From Candidatus Alectryobacillus sp. (GTDB lineage: Bacteria; Bacillota_I; Bacilli_A; RFN20; CAG-826), in assembly GCA_036735985.1 (NCBI GenBank), contig DAINNH010000004.1, forward strand, positions 1 to 61,021: DNA of 61,021 nt, read 5' to 3'. The stretch's first letter is position 1. Each line of letters starts with the position of its first letter. The notes beneath the pieces are model-generated. The model had not been told where the DNA came from. It saw only the letters and a program-made list of their open reading frames with translations, and searched no databases. The translations under genes and the position numbers were made by a program. Below, one piece after another: positions 21,684 through 31,844 of the stretch.

Positions 21684-21841
21684 AATAGCGCCTCTACTTA
21701 AATGTAAGTAGGAGTGATCAAAGATTTTATCTCGATCCCCAATCAGCTTAAATACCTTTAAACTGTTTCGGCAACGTCACCTTTCATTTCCTTCAATGGA
21801 TGTCTCCTCAGGAAACTACTATTTTCAGTTGCGCCTCTATC
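21684..21841 (-). ncRNA. Lysine riboswitch (L-box), with variant 3' core
   Basis: GATAGAGGCGCAAC...AGTA...GAAAGG...GCCGAA...TTGGG P4 hairpin, P5 CTACTTA/TAAGTAG, CGCTAT closing P1; upstream promoter TTGAAA-N16-TATTAT (21856-21883). Confidence 0.85.
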
Positions 21842-21895
21842 AATCTACGTTTTATATAATAATGATTATGAACGACATTTCAATAATTATTTTAA

Positions 21896-23098
21896 TTATT
21901 TTATTTCTTCGTCTTTAATGAGGCGAAGTGGGTCTAAGCAAGTTTGAACTTCATTAATGTTTTCTTTTTTGAAAATAGTAGCCATTTTATCGACAAATCC
22001 TGGTACTTCTTCATTCTTAACAAAGCAAATAATGGTACCACCAAAGCCACCACCATGTACACGAACAGCACCATCTTTAATATTTTCACGAGCCATATGA
22101 AGAGCTAATTCAAAATTATTAGTCTTTTCACCTTCAAGCAAAACGTTCTTTAAATAATTTTCACTTGAAAGACCAGACTCATTAACTTCTTTAAAGAATC
22201 CTTTAATATTATTATTCTTGATATCGCTAAAAGCCTGCAGAACTCGATTATCTTCCATAAAGAAATGGAACGCACGTGACCAAGCACGTGGATTTTTGCT
22301 CTTTTCAACTTTATATTTTTCCAAGAATTCTTTTTCGTTTACTTCACGTAAATATTTCTTATTAAAAAGTGAAGCAATAAACTTCATGTCCTTTGGAATT
22401 GAAGTATAAGCATCAGGCGTTCCGCTATGATCAGTCATCGAATTAATAAGAATAATTTTATATCCATCAAAGTTTGGAGCGATTAATGTGACTACTGGAT
22501 TTTCTTGATCTTTAAAATCAACAAGAGAAAATCCTTTAGAACAGCAGCCAATTTGATCTAATAGACCACTCGATTTTCCAAAATATACGTTTTCAGCATA
22601 ACGAGCGATTTTAGCAATTGTTACAGTATCCATCTTATCGTTATTGAAATAATAAGATAAAATCTTGCAAATTAAAACACAATATGCGGCACTGGATGAA
22701 ACACCCGCTCCTTTATAAATATTGCTGTCCATCGTTGCAAAAATAGGCCCAATTTTATAACCTAATTCTAGGAAACGGAACAAAATACCACGAACCAAGG
22801 CAATCGATTTGCCTTGTTCGGATTCTCTTTTAACTAAATCATTAATCTTAATATCAATTTCATGATATCCTTCGCTCTTAAGGACAAAACGATTATCCTT
22901 GCCTAAGCTTACTGCGGCAAACATATTAAGATTATCAACACTAGAAACCATGCAAATTCCACTATTGTGATCAACGTGGTTACCAATAATTTCAAGACGG
23001 CCAGTTGATTTAAAATGAAGACGTGGCATGTCGTTGAATGTTTCTTTAAATAATGAATCGATGTGATTAATGCGTGCGATTTCTTCTGGTTTTAACAT
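21896..23098 (-). CDS. galK: Galactokinase (GHMP kinase)
   Basis: GRLEIIGNHVDHNSG, GAGVSSSAA, SGLLDQ, VRVHGGGFGG; adjacent to galT and galM. Confidence 0.9.
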   Translation of the reverse strand: MLKPEEIARINHIDSLFKETFNDMPRLHFKSTGRLEIIGNHVDHNSGICMVSSVDNLNMFAAVSLGKDNRFVLKSEGYHEIDIKINDLVKRESEQGKSIALVRGILFRFLELGYKIGPIFATMDSNIYKGAGVSSSAAYCVLICKILSYYFNNDKMDTVTIAKIARYAENVYFGKSSGLLDQIGCCSKGFSLVDFKDQENPVVTLIAPNFDGYKIILINSMTDHSGTPDAYTSIPKDMKFIASLFNKKYLREVNEKEFLEKYKVEKSKNPRAWSRAFHFFMEDNRVLQAFSDIKNNNIKGFFKEVNESGLSSENYLKNVLLEGEKTNNFELALHMARENIKDGAVRVHGGGFGGTIICFVKNEEVPGFVDKMATIFKKENINEVQTCLDPLRLIKDEEIK

Positions 23099-23100
23099 AA

Positions 23101-24612
23101 TTATTTCCTCTCAAAGCCAGTGGCTTTCATAAACTTGTCTAAATGCTCAACTTGATTTTCTTTAAAAACAGCTGTATTTTTCAAAATTTCTCTACCGATC
23201 ATCGATATATGATCATAAACTTGTTGATGAATATCCTTACGAATATCGACTTTTTCCTTTAATGCAGCCATCATTTCCTTATGTGGAATAAGATTTGGAT
23301 GTTCAGTTAAATACTCGTTAAGATCTAAATTTTCTGCAAGATACTTCGAAATTAAATCAATTTCGCTTTCTAATCTTCCTGGTAAAATAAATAAACCCTG
23401 AGCTTCAATTAAACCTATACCCTCTTTCTTTATATTAAAGTATTCTGGGTGAACATGGAAAATACCTTCAGGATAATCACTAGAAGTGCAATTGCAACGC
23501 AAGATAAGGAATAATTTATAAACGCCATTGTCTTTACGAAGAATAGGTGTAATTGTATTGTGACGAACATCATCATCCATCGCTTTAATACCTAATTCAA
23601 TATCATCAAAACCTTTCCAAGAGGTAAGAATTTCATGATAAATTTCTTTTAATTCATTCACATCTTTTGTTTCAATTTCAATACATGAGTTAAACCAATC
23701 AAGATAAAAAACCTTACTATTCTTAACTTTTTGGGAAAAATATTCAAATTTTGGTCCGGCTAACATGACTGGTAAAATATGCGTTCCACCTTGATAGTGT
23801 TCATGAGATAAAATTGATCCACCAACAATTGGTAAATCGGCATTTGAACCGAGAAAGAAATGTGGATACTGATCAACAAAAGAAACTAAGTTATCCAAAG
23901 TACCTTCATTAATTACCATTGGTGAATGAACTTTGTTTAATAAGATAATATGATTTTCATAGTATACATAAGGTGATAATTGAAGATACCATTCATTTCC
24001 GTTTAAAGTTACAGAAACTAAGCGGATTGAAGAGCGTGGAGCTTTATTAAATTTGCCATAGTAGCCTTCGTTTTCATAACAAAGCACACACTTAGGGCAA
24101 TCATCACTCGTTGACTTTATCAATAAAGCTTTAGCAATATCCGCATTTGATTTCTCAGGTTTTGATAAATTAATTGTATATTCGACTAAATTTTTATCAA
24201 ATATTGTATTCCATTTAATATTTTTATTAATATTAAATAAATTAATATAATTGGAATTGACCCCTAATTTTTTTAAATAAAGAATCGCATCAAAATCAGA
24301 TTTTACATAAAGATCATTAAATTCTTTATCAACCATAGATGGCATAGGTTCAAGCAAACCAAACACTTTATCAATTAAAGCTTCAATTTGAAAGTCATCG
24401 GTTTCAATTTTATTATCAATGATATAATTTCGAAGAATTATGTAAGCGTCGTGTGGTGAGACGGCTGCAATCGAGAGCGTATCAGCTACAAAAGGCTCAT
24501 TATCGTACGTTTTTAAAAGATGAAAAATTTCGTTGCGAACATAGTTAGCGTCTAGTTTATTTAAATTTAAATTTAATAAACCATAATTAATTAAGGTATC
24601 AATTACAGTCAT
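23101..24612 (-). CDS. galT: Galactose-1-phosphate uridylyltransferase (class II, Firmicutes type)
   Basis: TINLSKPEK, CPKCVLC.ENEGY, LQ.SPYVYY.NH, GSNADLPIVGGSILSHEHYQGG, GIFH.HP, KKEGIGLIE. Confidence 0.93.
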   Translation of the reverse strand: MTVIDTLINYGLLNLNLNKLDANYVRNEIFHLLKTYDNEPFVADTLSIAAVSPHDAYIILRNYIIDNKIETDDFQIEALIDKVFGLLEPMPSMVDKEFNDLYVKSDFDAILYLKKLGVNSNYINLFNINKNIKWNTIFDKNLVEYTINLSKPEKSNADIAKALLIKSTSDDCPKCVLCYENEGYYGKFNKAPRSSIRLVSVTLNGNEWYLQLSPYVYYENHIILLNKVHSPMVINEGTLDNLVSFVDQYPHFFLGSNADLPIVGGSILSHEHYQGGTHILPVMLAGPKFEYFSQKVKNSKVFYLDWFNSCIEIETKDVNELKEIYHEILTSWKGFDDIELGIKAMDDDVRHNTITPILRKDNGVYKLFLILRCNCTSSDYPEGIFHVHPEYFNIKKEGIGLIEAQGLFILPGRLESEIDLISKYLAENLDLNEYLTEHPNLIPHKEMMAALKEKVDIRKDIHQQVYDHISMIGREILKNTAVFKENQVEHLDKFMKATGFERK

Positions 24613-24614
24613 AA

Positions 24615-25595
24615 TTATTTACCAATAACTTCAAATGAATAGTCGATGAAGTTAGTCCTTGTTGTATTAGCTTTAATAAACATTTTATCGAAATTAAATG
24701 GTTCAATTTGTGGTTCAATCGCAATTGCATCATATTGTTTATCATATCCACGTCCTAAGATATGATCCCCAACTTTAGCATAGTTATTGCTATAGCAAAC
24801 AACGCCATCATAATCGGTAGAAATATTAATAATAAACTTATCACCTTTTAAACAAACAGCTTGTTCCCCACTATTTAAGCGCCATGGATGATCATAACCA
24901 CAAGCATGATGAGGATAAGTTTTACGAATATCGTTTCCAATTAATTTAGGAGTTCTAAAATCAAAAACACTATCAACTGGAATATATTTCTTTAAAAGAA
25001 GCTGTTCATCCAATAAGCCAAATGAATCAGCTTTAATTTGAAGCGTTTCTTGTAATACCTTTTGATCAGGTGAGGCATTAAAATAACTGTGATTAGTTAA
25101 AGAATAGAAAGAATCATGTTTCGGGGTGATGCTTTGCGTGCAAATCATATGTAAACTTCTCTTGAAAATCTTATAAGAAATAACAATTTGTGCATCAAAG
25201 AGACCATCATTTACAGTATCGACATAATCACGGGTAAATGTAATAGTTTTAGAATCAAATTTTTCATCAATTTTTTCTATATTAAATTCAAGAAAACTGA
25301 TTCCCTCTTCACCGCTATGAAGAACATTATTATTTTCGTTTGGTTTATTTTTTAATTGGATATTGCCAAATTTTGAAACAATTTTTCCATCTTTAATACG
25401 TCCGCAAATTGGTCCAACAGTTTTGCCATAATATGAGGTGGAAGTAATAAATTTTGCCTTATGCATTGGTGAAAATGTAACGTAATTGTCATCAATCTTA
25501 ATAGAATAAATAGCGGCACCGAAATTGCAAAACATAACTTCCATGCCACAATTGTTCTTCACTTTTACATACTTTGCATGTGTTAAACTATCCAT
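24615..25595 (-). CDS. galM: Aldose 1-epimerase (mutarotase)
   Basis: YYGKTVGPICGRI, LHSG, LTNHSYFN, GYDHPW, AIAIEPQ. Confidence 0.88.
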   Translation of the reverse strand: MDSLTHAKYVKVKNNCGMEVMFCNFGAAIYSIKIDDNYVTFSPMHKAKFITSTSYYGKTVGPICGRIKDGKIVSKFGNIQLKNKPNENNNVLHSGEEGISFLEFNIEKIDEKFDSKTITFTRDYVDTVNDGLFDAQIVISYKIFKRSLHMICTQSITPKHDSFYSLTNHSYFNASPDQKVLQETLQIKADSFGLLDEQLLLKKYIPVDSVFDFRTPKLIGNDIRKTYPHHACGYDHPWRLNSGEQAVCLKGDKFIINISTDYDGVVCYSNNYAKVGDHILGRGYDKQYDAIAIEPQIEPFNFDKMFIKANTTRTNFIDYSFEVIGK

Positions 25596-25598
25596 AAA

Positions 25599-26804
25599 CT
25601 AATCCTCCTTAATATATTTGTTTATAATAGATATCAATTCTTTTTCACTAAATAAAATCGGAACTGGATAAAGTGGAGTTGATTCATGATAGGCTTTAGA
25701 TGCAATCACACTAACATCTTCATTCTTAATTTCTTTTATTCTCTTTGGCAGGCCAAACTTAGTATTTAAACCTTCAATATAAGAAATAAATAATTCTGCA
25801 TTAGCTTTTGGTTCATCGCTAATACCTGCTAATCCTATATATTTGGCAACTTTGTCCAATTTAACGTAGATTCGCTTGAAATCTTGTCGAAGGAAAATAG
25901 GTAACAAAATAGCACATAAATAACCATGTGGTAAATTATAAAGAGCGCCACAGGCATGGGCAATAGCATGAACATATCCAACATAGGCTCGAGTGAAAGA
26001 CATACCTGCATAAAAAGATGCATTTAATAAATTAGATTTCGCAACTAAGTTTGTTGGATTATCATAGGCAACTTCCAAGTTTTCATAAATTAATTTAATG
26101 GCTTTAAAAGACAATTCACGAGTTTCTTTCGTCGAAGAATTGCCAATATATGATTCAAGAGCATGTGTTAAGGCATCAAGTGCTGTTGTCGAAAGTACAC
26201 TATTTGGGAGTTTTGCAATTAATTTTGGCTCGAAAACTGCATATTTGGGAATAAGGTGTAAATCATTAATTGAAAATTTTTCATGAGTAACTTCATTGCG
26301 GACAACGGCCGCAATAGTTGCTTCACTGCCTGTTCCACAAGTTGTTGGAATTGCAATCATAAGAGGAATATTATGATGCACTTTAAAAAGACCTTTAAAG
26401 GCGTTTAAATCTTTCTTAGGATTCACAATTAAAGCTCCGATGGCCTTAGAAGCATCCATTACACTGCCGCCACCAACCGCAATTAAAGAATCACATTTAT
26501 TATCTAAATAAATTTGTTTACCTTCATAAACCTCTTTAAATGTTGGATTAGGTTCAACATCTAAAAACTCACTAAAATCAATATTAGCCGCTTTTAGTGT
26601 CTCTTCTAATTCCACAAGTAAACCAAACTTTTTAATGTTTGAATCACTCACAATTAAACAATGATGTTTATGTTCATTATTTAAAATATTAGAACATTCA
26701 GCAACCGCTTGAAAAGCGATAGGCTTACGAAAACGAAGAAATTTCGCGGCAATTCTCATGATAAATTGGAAACTTCGGACATTAAATCTTTTAAATGCAT
26801 TCAT
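25599..26804 (-). CDS. Iron-containing alcohol dehydrogenase family protein
   Basis: VEPNPT, AVGGGSVMDASK, IPTTCGTGSEAT, DALTHALE, GYVHAIAH, HGYLCA. Start ATG 26804 from SD GGTGGAG. Confidence 0.88.
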   Translation of the reverse strand: MNAFKRFNVRSFQFIMRIAAKFLRFRKPIAFQAVAECSNILNNEHKHHCLIVSDSNIKKFGLLVELEETLKAANIDFSEFLDVEPNPTFKEVYEGKQIYLDNKCDSLIAVGGGSVMDASKAIGALIVNPKKDLNAFKGLFKVHHNIPLMIAIPTTCGTGSEATIAAVVRNEVTHEKFSINDLHLIPKYAVFEPKLIAKLPNSVLSTTALDALTHALESYIGNSSTKETRELSFKAIKLIYENLEVAYDNPTNLVAKSNLLNASFYAGMSFTRAYVGYVHAIAHACGALYNLPHGYLCAILLPIFLRQDFKRIYVKLDKVAKYIGLAGISDEPKANAELFISYIEGLNTKFGLPKRIKEIKNEDVSVIASKAYHESTPLYPVPILFSEKELISIINKYIKED

Positions 26805-26808
26805 AATT

Positions 26809-29478
26809 TTACTCCACCGATTTAAGGGATTCGACCATAGGAACACGACGAATAGAGAATGACAATAAGATATTTACAACTAAAGCCGTTCCGACACTAA
26901 TAATAGCTGATAAGCCATACGTTAAATTTGAAATATAGTAAATAAATGAGACTAAGTTATTTTGGTTAACACTTAGCACCAAGTACTCCATTGGGAAGCC
27001 AAGCAAAAGTCCAAATATCGTACCAACACACGTGAGAATTATAACCTCGTAAATTAAGCTTTTCGCAATCTCAATTGTTGAGAAGCCCAAAACTTTTAAT
27101 GTTGCTATTTCACGCATACGTTCTTTAAAGTTAAGGAGAGCTAAATTTATTAAACAAACCACTGCTAGCAAAAGTGCAAAGATTTTAACCGTATTGGTCA
27201 TTTCTTTAACACTACTAACATACCCTTCAATTGTATCACGCATTTGTTTTTTTGTAATGACAAGTGATAACCCAGATATATTACTAGTAATATATTCGCC
27301 CATTTTTTCAACGCTTTCAACACTTACACTATCACCAACATCAATAAAGCACGCAGTTGGCTTATTATATAATTCAGTAAAATCACTATCCTCACTATGA
27401 ACAAAAATAGCCGACATCGAAAATCTTTCATAGATTATACTAATTGTTTTATGCAATACTTTACCATTTAAAGATATATTTAAAGTATCACCTTCACTTA
27501 CTTTTAAGTCTTCGGCTTTACTCTTTGGTAACATAATCGTATTTGCTGGGAAAGTACAATCAAAAACTTTATCATCATAGGTCTTTTGATTTACTGAATA
27601 TATTGAGGCATTATATTGGCCACTTTCACCAAATTGAATGGTACTAATTCCAACACCAACTGGATAAATTTCTTTAATCGTTCCAATTTTAGCTAATTCA
27701 GTATCATTTTTAATAGTATCAGCAATAGTCGAACTCGCAGCCGAATAAGTAATTGAAATATCTGAATCATAATACATCTTTAAATCGTGGGAAATTCCAT
27801 AATTAATGGTATCTTCAATACCAAAACCACACACCAATAAGGAGGTACAACCCATAATGCCAATTACGACCATTAATGATTTTGTAAAATAAACACGGAT
27901 GTTTCTTAAAGCAATCTTCAATGACATAAAAGACATAATTTTTGGAGAATTTCTTCGTGGCTTCATCTTCATTCTTGGAGATTGTGGAAGCATTGATTGA
28001 GCTGGCGTAATATGTAATTCTTTTCCTAAAATAATTATCGTAATAAGTGAAACCATTACAATAATTGAAACCACCATAATTAAGGCAGCAAAGACTGGGA
28101 AATAGTAGGTAGTTGAAGTAATCGAATAAAGAATTTGATACTTAATATCCATAATGTAAGGAATAATGCATGGCCCTAGCACACAACCTAAAATACATCC
28201 GATTAAAGATAAAGTTACGCCGGTAAAAAGATAATGAGTCATAATTTCATGATTAGTTAAGCCTAAAGCTTTTAAAGTGCCAATAACGTTATGATCTTTT
28301 AGAATTAATTGAGTAATAGTGGTAATTGAAATAAGCACAGCCACCAACAAGAAGACTAACGGAAAAACAAAAGAAAGAGCCGCAGCCTGATCGATATCGT
28401 TTTGAATTGAAACGTTGGATGGTAAATTTTCTAAATCAGTAAGATAAAGCATATTACCAGTCGAGGTTGTAGAAGCGGCTTTACCTTTAAAATAAGTACG
28501 AATTTTATCACAAGCAGCAGGTAAATCAACTTTCGCTGTTTTTGAAAACTTCACAAGAATCTGATTATACATATCTCGATTAGGAGCATAGTTGTATATA
28601 GTTTCAATATTTTCTTTAGTAATATTTGGATAATCATTGTGAATTGCATTATAGAAATCATCTAATAAACCTACCAAGAAAGTTTTTTTGGATAATACTG
28701 AGATAGGCGAACTATTTTTACCACTAGCAATATTTTCAGGATGGTCCATAAAATTAGTTACTTTAGCATTAAAGTTGATTGTCGTAAATTCAGTTTCTGT
28801 AAAGAATTTATGGACTGAAGCTTTCATATTTTTAACTTGTTCTTCACTAAATAAAACATGGTTTGGATTAAAATCAGCCATAACTTGGTCGATATTGGCA
28901 AGCATTGTATTTTCCATAGCTGTTTTCGAACTAGAAATATCGATTGAAATTGGAATCTCTGTTCCAATTTTAATCGTTTTGGCTCCCGCTGTTTTATTGT
29001 ATAAAGCAACAGTTGTACGATCGACTAAAAAGAATTCACCATTATTAGAATTTAAGATGTCACTCTTTATATAAGCCCCACTTTTATTTGGATCATCAAT
29101 ATAAATATTACTGGCACGATCGATATGCGGAAAATAGTCCGTTATCGCTAAATTTGAATTAGCTGATTGAACTTTACTTGGCATTATCAAACGTTTTTCA
29201 CTAGTAATGTCATATTCATATGGAAAGAGATTTTTGATATTTTCTTCATCTTTATCCTTTTCATTAATCAAATCATAGGTCAAGAAAATATCAGCAACAT
29301 TTCCATTATCATACATGTCATTTACACGAGCTTTTAAAGAAGAGTAGTTCGCTTGAAGGCCAACAAAAAGAGTAACCGCGATACCGATAATAAAAACAAT
29401 TGAGATGAATTGTTTTACCGAGGATTTTAAATCGCGAAATGTCTTCTTAAATAACATCTTTAAAACATCTTTATCCAT
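26809..29478 (-). CDS. FtsX/MacB-family ABC exporter permease (two FtsX halves)
   Basis: N-terminal TM, two large extracellular domains, IGTLKALG and REIATLKVLGF repeats. Confidence 0.88.
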   Translation of the reverse strand: MDKDVLKMLFKKTFRDLKSSVKQFISIVFIIGIAVTLFVGLQANYSSLKARVNDMYDNGNVADIFLTYDLINEKDKDEENIKNLFPYEYDITSEKRLIMPSKVQSANSNLAITDYFPHIDRASNIYIDDPNKSGAYIKSDILNSNNGEFFLVDRTTVALYNKTAGAKTIKIGTEIPISIDISSSKTAMENTMLANIDQVMADFNPNHVLFSEEQVKNMKASVHKFFTETEFTTINFNAKVTNFMDHPENIASGKNSSPISVLSKKTFLVGLLDDFYNAIHNDYPNITKENIETIYNYAPNRDMYNQILVKFSKTAKVDLPAACDKIRTYFKGKAASTTSTGNMLYLTDLENLPSNVSIQNDIDQAAALSFVFPLVFLLVAVLISITTITQLILKDHNVIGTLKALGLTNHEIMTHYLFTGVTLSLIGCILGCVLGPCIIPYIMDIKYQILYSITSTTYYFPVFAALIMVVSIIVMVSLITIIILGKELHITPAQSMLPQSPRMKMKPRRNSPKIMSFMSLKIALRNIRVYFTKSLMVVIGIMGCTSLLVCGFGIEDTINYGISHDLKMYYDSDISITYSAASSTIADTIKNDTELAKIGTIKEIYPVGVGISTIQFGESGQYNASIYSVNQKTYDDKVFDCTFPANTIMLPKSKAEDLKVSEGDTLNISLNGKVLHKTISIIYERFSMSAIFVHSEDSDFTELYNKPTACFIDVGDSVSVESVEKMGEYITSNISGLSLVITKKQMRDTIEGYVSSVKEMTNTVKIFALLLAVVCLINLALLNFKERMREIATLKVLGFSTIEIAKSLIYEVIILTCVGTIFGLLLGFPMEYLVLSVNQNNLVSFIYYISNLTYGLSAIISVGTALVVNILLSFSIRRVPMVESLKSVE

Positions 29479-29481
29479 TTT

Positions 29482-30189
29482 TTACCACTCTATTTCATCA
29501 ACTTCTTTTGGAGAAGCAACCATTTCATCACTTATAATTTTGCCATCCGCCAAACGAATTAAATGATTAGCGATATTAGCGATATTCGAATTGTGTGTTA
29601 CAACAACTACCGTAAATTTTTCTTCTTTAGCTAACTTTTTAAGTAAAGTTAAGATATTTTTACCTGTTGCACTATCAAGAGCTCCAGTTGGTTCATCACA
29701 AAGAAGAAGAGAAGGCATCTTTACGATTGCTCGCGCAATGGCAACTCTTTGTTGTTCACCACCAGATAGTTGACCTGGAAAATTATTAACACGATTCCCT
29801 AGACCGACGGCATCAAGAGCATCTTTGGCATCCATATGTGGCTGATTTTTACAGGCCGATTCTTGGAGCATAACATTTTCAAGAGCCGTTAATGATGGAA
29901 TTAAATTATAAAATTGAAAAACAAAACCGATTTGAGAACGACGAAATTTTCCTAAGTCAGCACTTTTTAAAGAAGTAATTTCTTTGCCATTTAATTCATA
30001 CGTCCCTGATGTAGCTTTATCCATTCCACCCAAAATATTTAAAACAGTAGATTTTCCAGCGCCACTTGCGCCAAGAATAACCACGAATTCACCTTTTTCA
30101 ATTTTAAAAGAAACCCCATTAAGTGCATTAATGAGTGTATCACCAGAAACATAAGTTTTAACTACATTATTAATCTCAAGAAACGCCAT
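29482..30189 (-). CDS. ABC exporter ATPase (LolD/MacB-type)
   Basis: [46 protein letters not shown]. Confidence 0.93.
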   Translation of the reverse strand: MAFLEINNVVKTYVSGDTLINALNGVSFKIEKGEFVVILGASGAGKSTVLNILGGMDKATSGTYELNGKEITSLKSADLGKFRRSQIGFVFQFYNLIPSLTALENVMLQESACKNQPHMDAKDALDAVGLGNRVNNFPGQLSGGEQQRVAIARAIVKMPSLLLCDEPTGALDSATGKNILTLLKKLAKEEKFTVVVVTHNSNIANIANHLIRLADGKIISDEMVASPKEVDEIEW

Positions 30190-30200
30190 ATTTTACTCCT

Positions 30201-31754
30201 TTAAAACATTGCTGCAAATACTCTAATTAGAGCTCGAAAAGCACGAATAAATATATTAGTCTTTAAAGCTTCAGGAAGAGTATAGGGTATTGAATTACTA
30301 AACATATAATCAAAATCATTTTTAATATCATTTATACAATCACATTTATACATAAAAACCGCATTTTCCATGTGAAGATAGAGACTTCTTAAATCTAAGT
30401 TAATTGTACCAACGCAAGCATAGGTGTCATCGGTTAAGAAACATTTATCATGAATAAAGGAATCTTTATAACGATAAATTTTTACTCCAGCTCTTAATAA
30501 AACTGGTAAATAAGAAAGAGTCAATTGATAAGTAATTGCTTTATCAGGAACTCCTGGAATAACAAGGCGAACATCAACACCGCTATGTGCTGCATTTGTT
30601 AAAGCGACAATCATATCATTATCAGGTACGATGTAAGGCGAACAGATATATACTGATTTCTTAGCTTTATAAATTAAGTCTAAATAAACATTTTCGCCAA
30701 TAGATTCATAATCGTAAGGAATATCTCCAAAAGTTTGGATATAACCACTTGGATTAATTTTGTCAGTTAGGAGTTCTTTATTTTTCTCGTAAGAATAAAG
30801 GTCGAAATCTTCCATTTTCTTTGAAATATTAATCCATTGGGAAAGAAATAAAGAAGTCATACCAAAAACAGCTGGACCCTTAAGCATTAAACAGTTATCT
30901 TTCCATTCATTGCCAAATTTCTTTACAACATTTACGTATTCATCAGCTAAATTAATCCCACCGGTAAATCCAACCACTCCATCAATAATCATAAATTTTC
31001 TATGATCACGGTTGTTCATTTTTAAAGTAATAATTGGGTAATAACGATTGAACACGTAACATTTAATGCCATAACTTTCCAGTTCATGATTAAAGAACCA
31101 CGGAACTTTTGACATACATCCAAAGTCATCATAAATAAGACGAACATCAACGCCTTCTTTAACTTTAGCCTTTAATATTTCAAGTATAGAATTAAAGAAT
31201 TCGCCACGCTCAATAATAAAATATTCAATAAAAATAAATTTCTTAGCTTTTCTTAGTTCTTCAAGCATAACCGGCCAAACTTTTTGACCTAATTCAAAAT
31301 AAGTTGCCTCACTTTGGGCATAACAGGTCGTTTTGCTTGATTTGTATATTGAAGACGAAATTCGATAAGCTGTAACATCTTTTTTTTCTAATTCTTTTAA
31401 AGAATTGTCTTCGTAGGAATATTTCGCAATCGAATTTCGATACATCCCCGTTTTTCTTTTTTGGTGTTTCGTTGTACGTTTGTTGGCGAACAAAAACCAT
31501 AATACAAAGCCACCACCAAGAGGTAATAAAGCAATGCATGAAATCCAAGCTAGTTTATATGGACCAGCACTTTGACCATTAATAATGAAAATAATGCCCA
31601 AAATATCAAGCAAATAAAATGCCAAAACTGTCCAAACACCATAAGATGTTGGAACAAGATACAAACAAAATAGCACAATTAATACTAATTGTGAAAAGAG
31701 AATTAACCCTAATATAAAGAAACGTGAAGTGATAAATTTAAGGAATTTTCTCAT
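30201..31754 (-). CDS. cls: Cardiolipin synthase (phospholipase D family)
   Basis: N-terminal TMs, two HKD motifs: RDHRKFMIID and FIHDKCFLTDD...GTINLD.RS. Confidence 0.9.
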   Translation of the reverse strand: MRKFLKFITSRFFILGLILFSQLVLIVLFCLYLVPTSYGVWTVLAFYLLDILGIIFIINGQSAGPYKLAWISCIALLPLGGGFVLWFLFANKRTTKHQKRKTGMYRNSIAKYSYEDNSLKELEKKDVTAYRISSSIYKSSKTTCYAQSEATYFELGQKVWPVMLEELRKAKKFIFIEYFIIERGEFFNSILEILKAKVKEGVDVRLIYDDFGCMSKVPWFFNHELESYGIKCYVFNRYYPIITLKMNNRDHRKFMIIDGVVGFTGGINLADEYVNVVKKFGNEWKDNCLMLKGPAVFGMTSLFLSQWINISKKMEDFDLYSYEKNKELLTDKINPSGYIQTFGDIPYDYESIGENVYLDLIYKAKKSVYICSPYIVPDNDMIVALTNAAHSGVDVRLVIPGVPDKAITYQLTLSYLPVLLRAGVKIYRYKDSFIHDKCFLTDDTYACVGTINLDLRSLYLHMENAVFMYKCDCINDIKNDFDYMFSNSIPYTLPEALKTNIFIRAFRALIRVFAAMF

Positions 31755-31844
31755 GTCTTTATTTTAGCATTATAGATAAGTAATAACTATGAAAAAAGGC
31801 ACATAAAATATAATATTTATATCTAGGATATAACTTGTTCAAAA

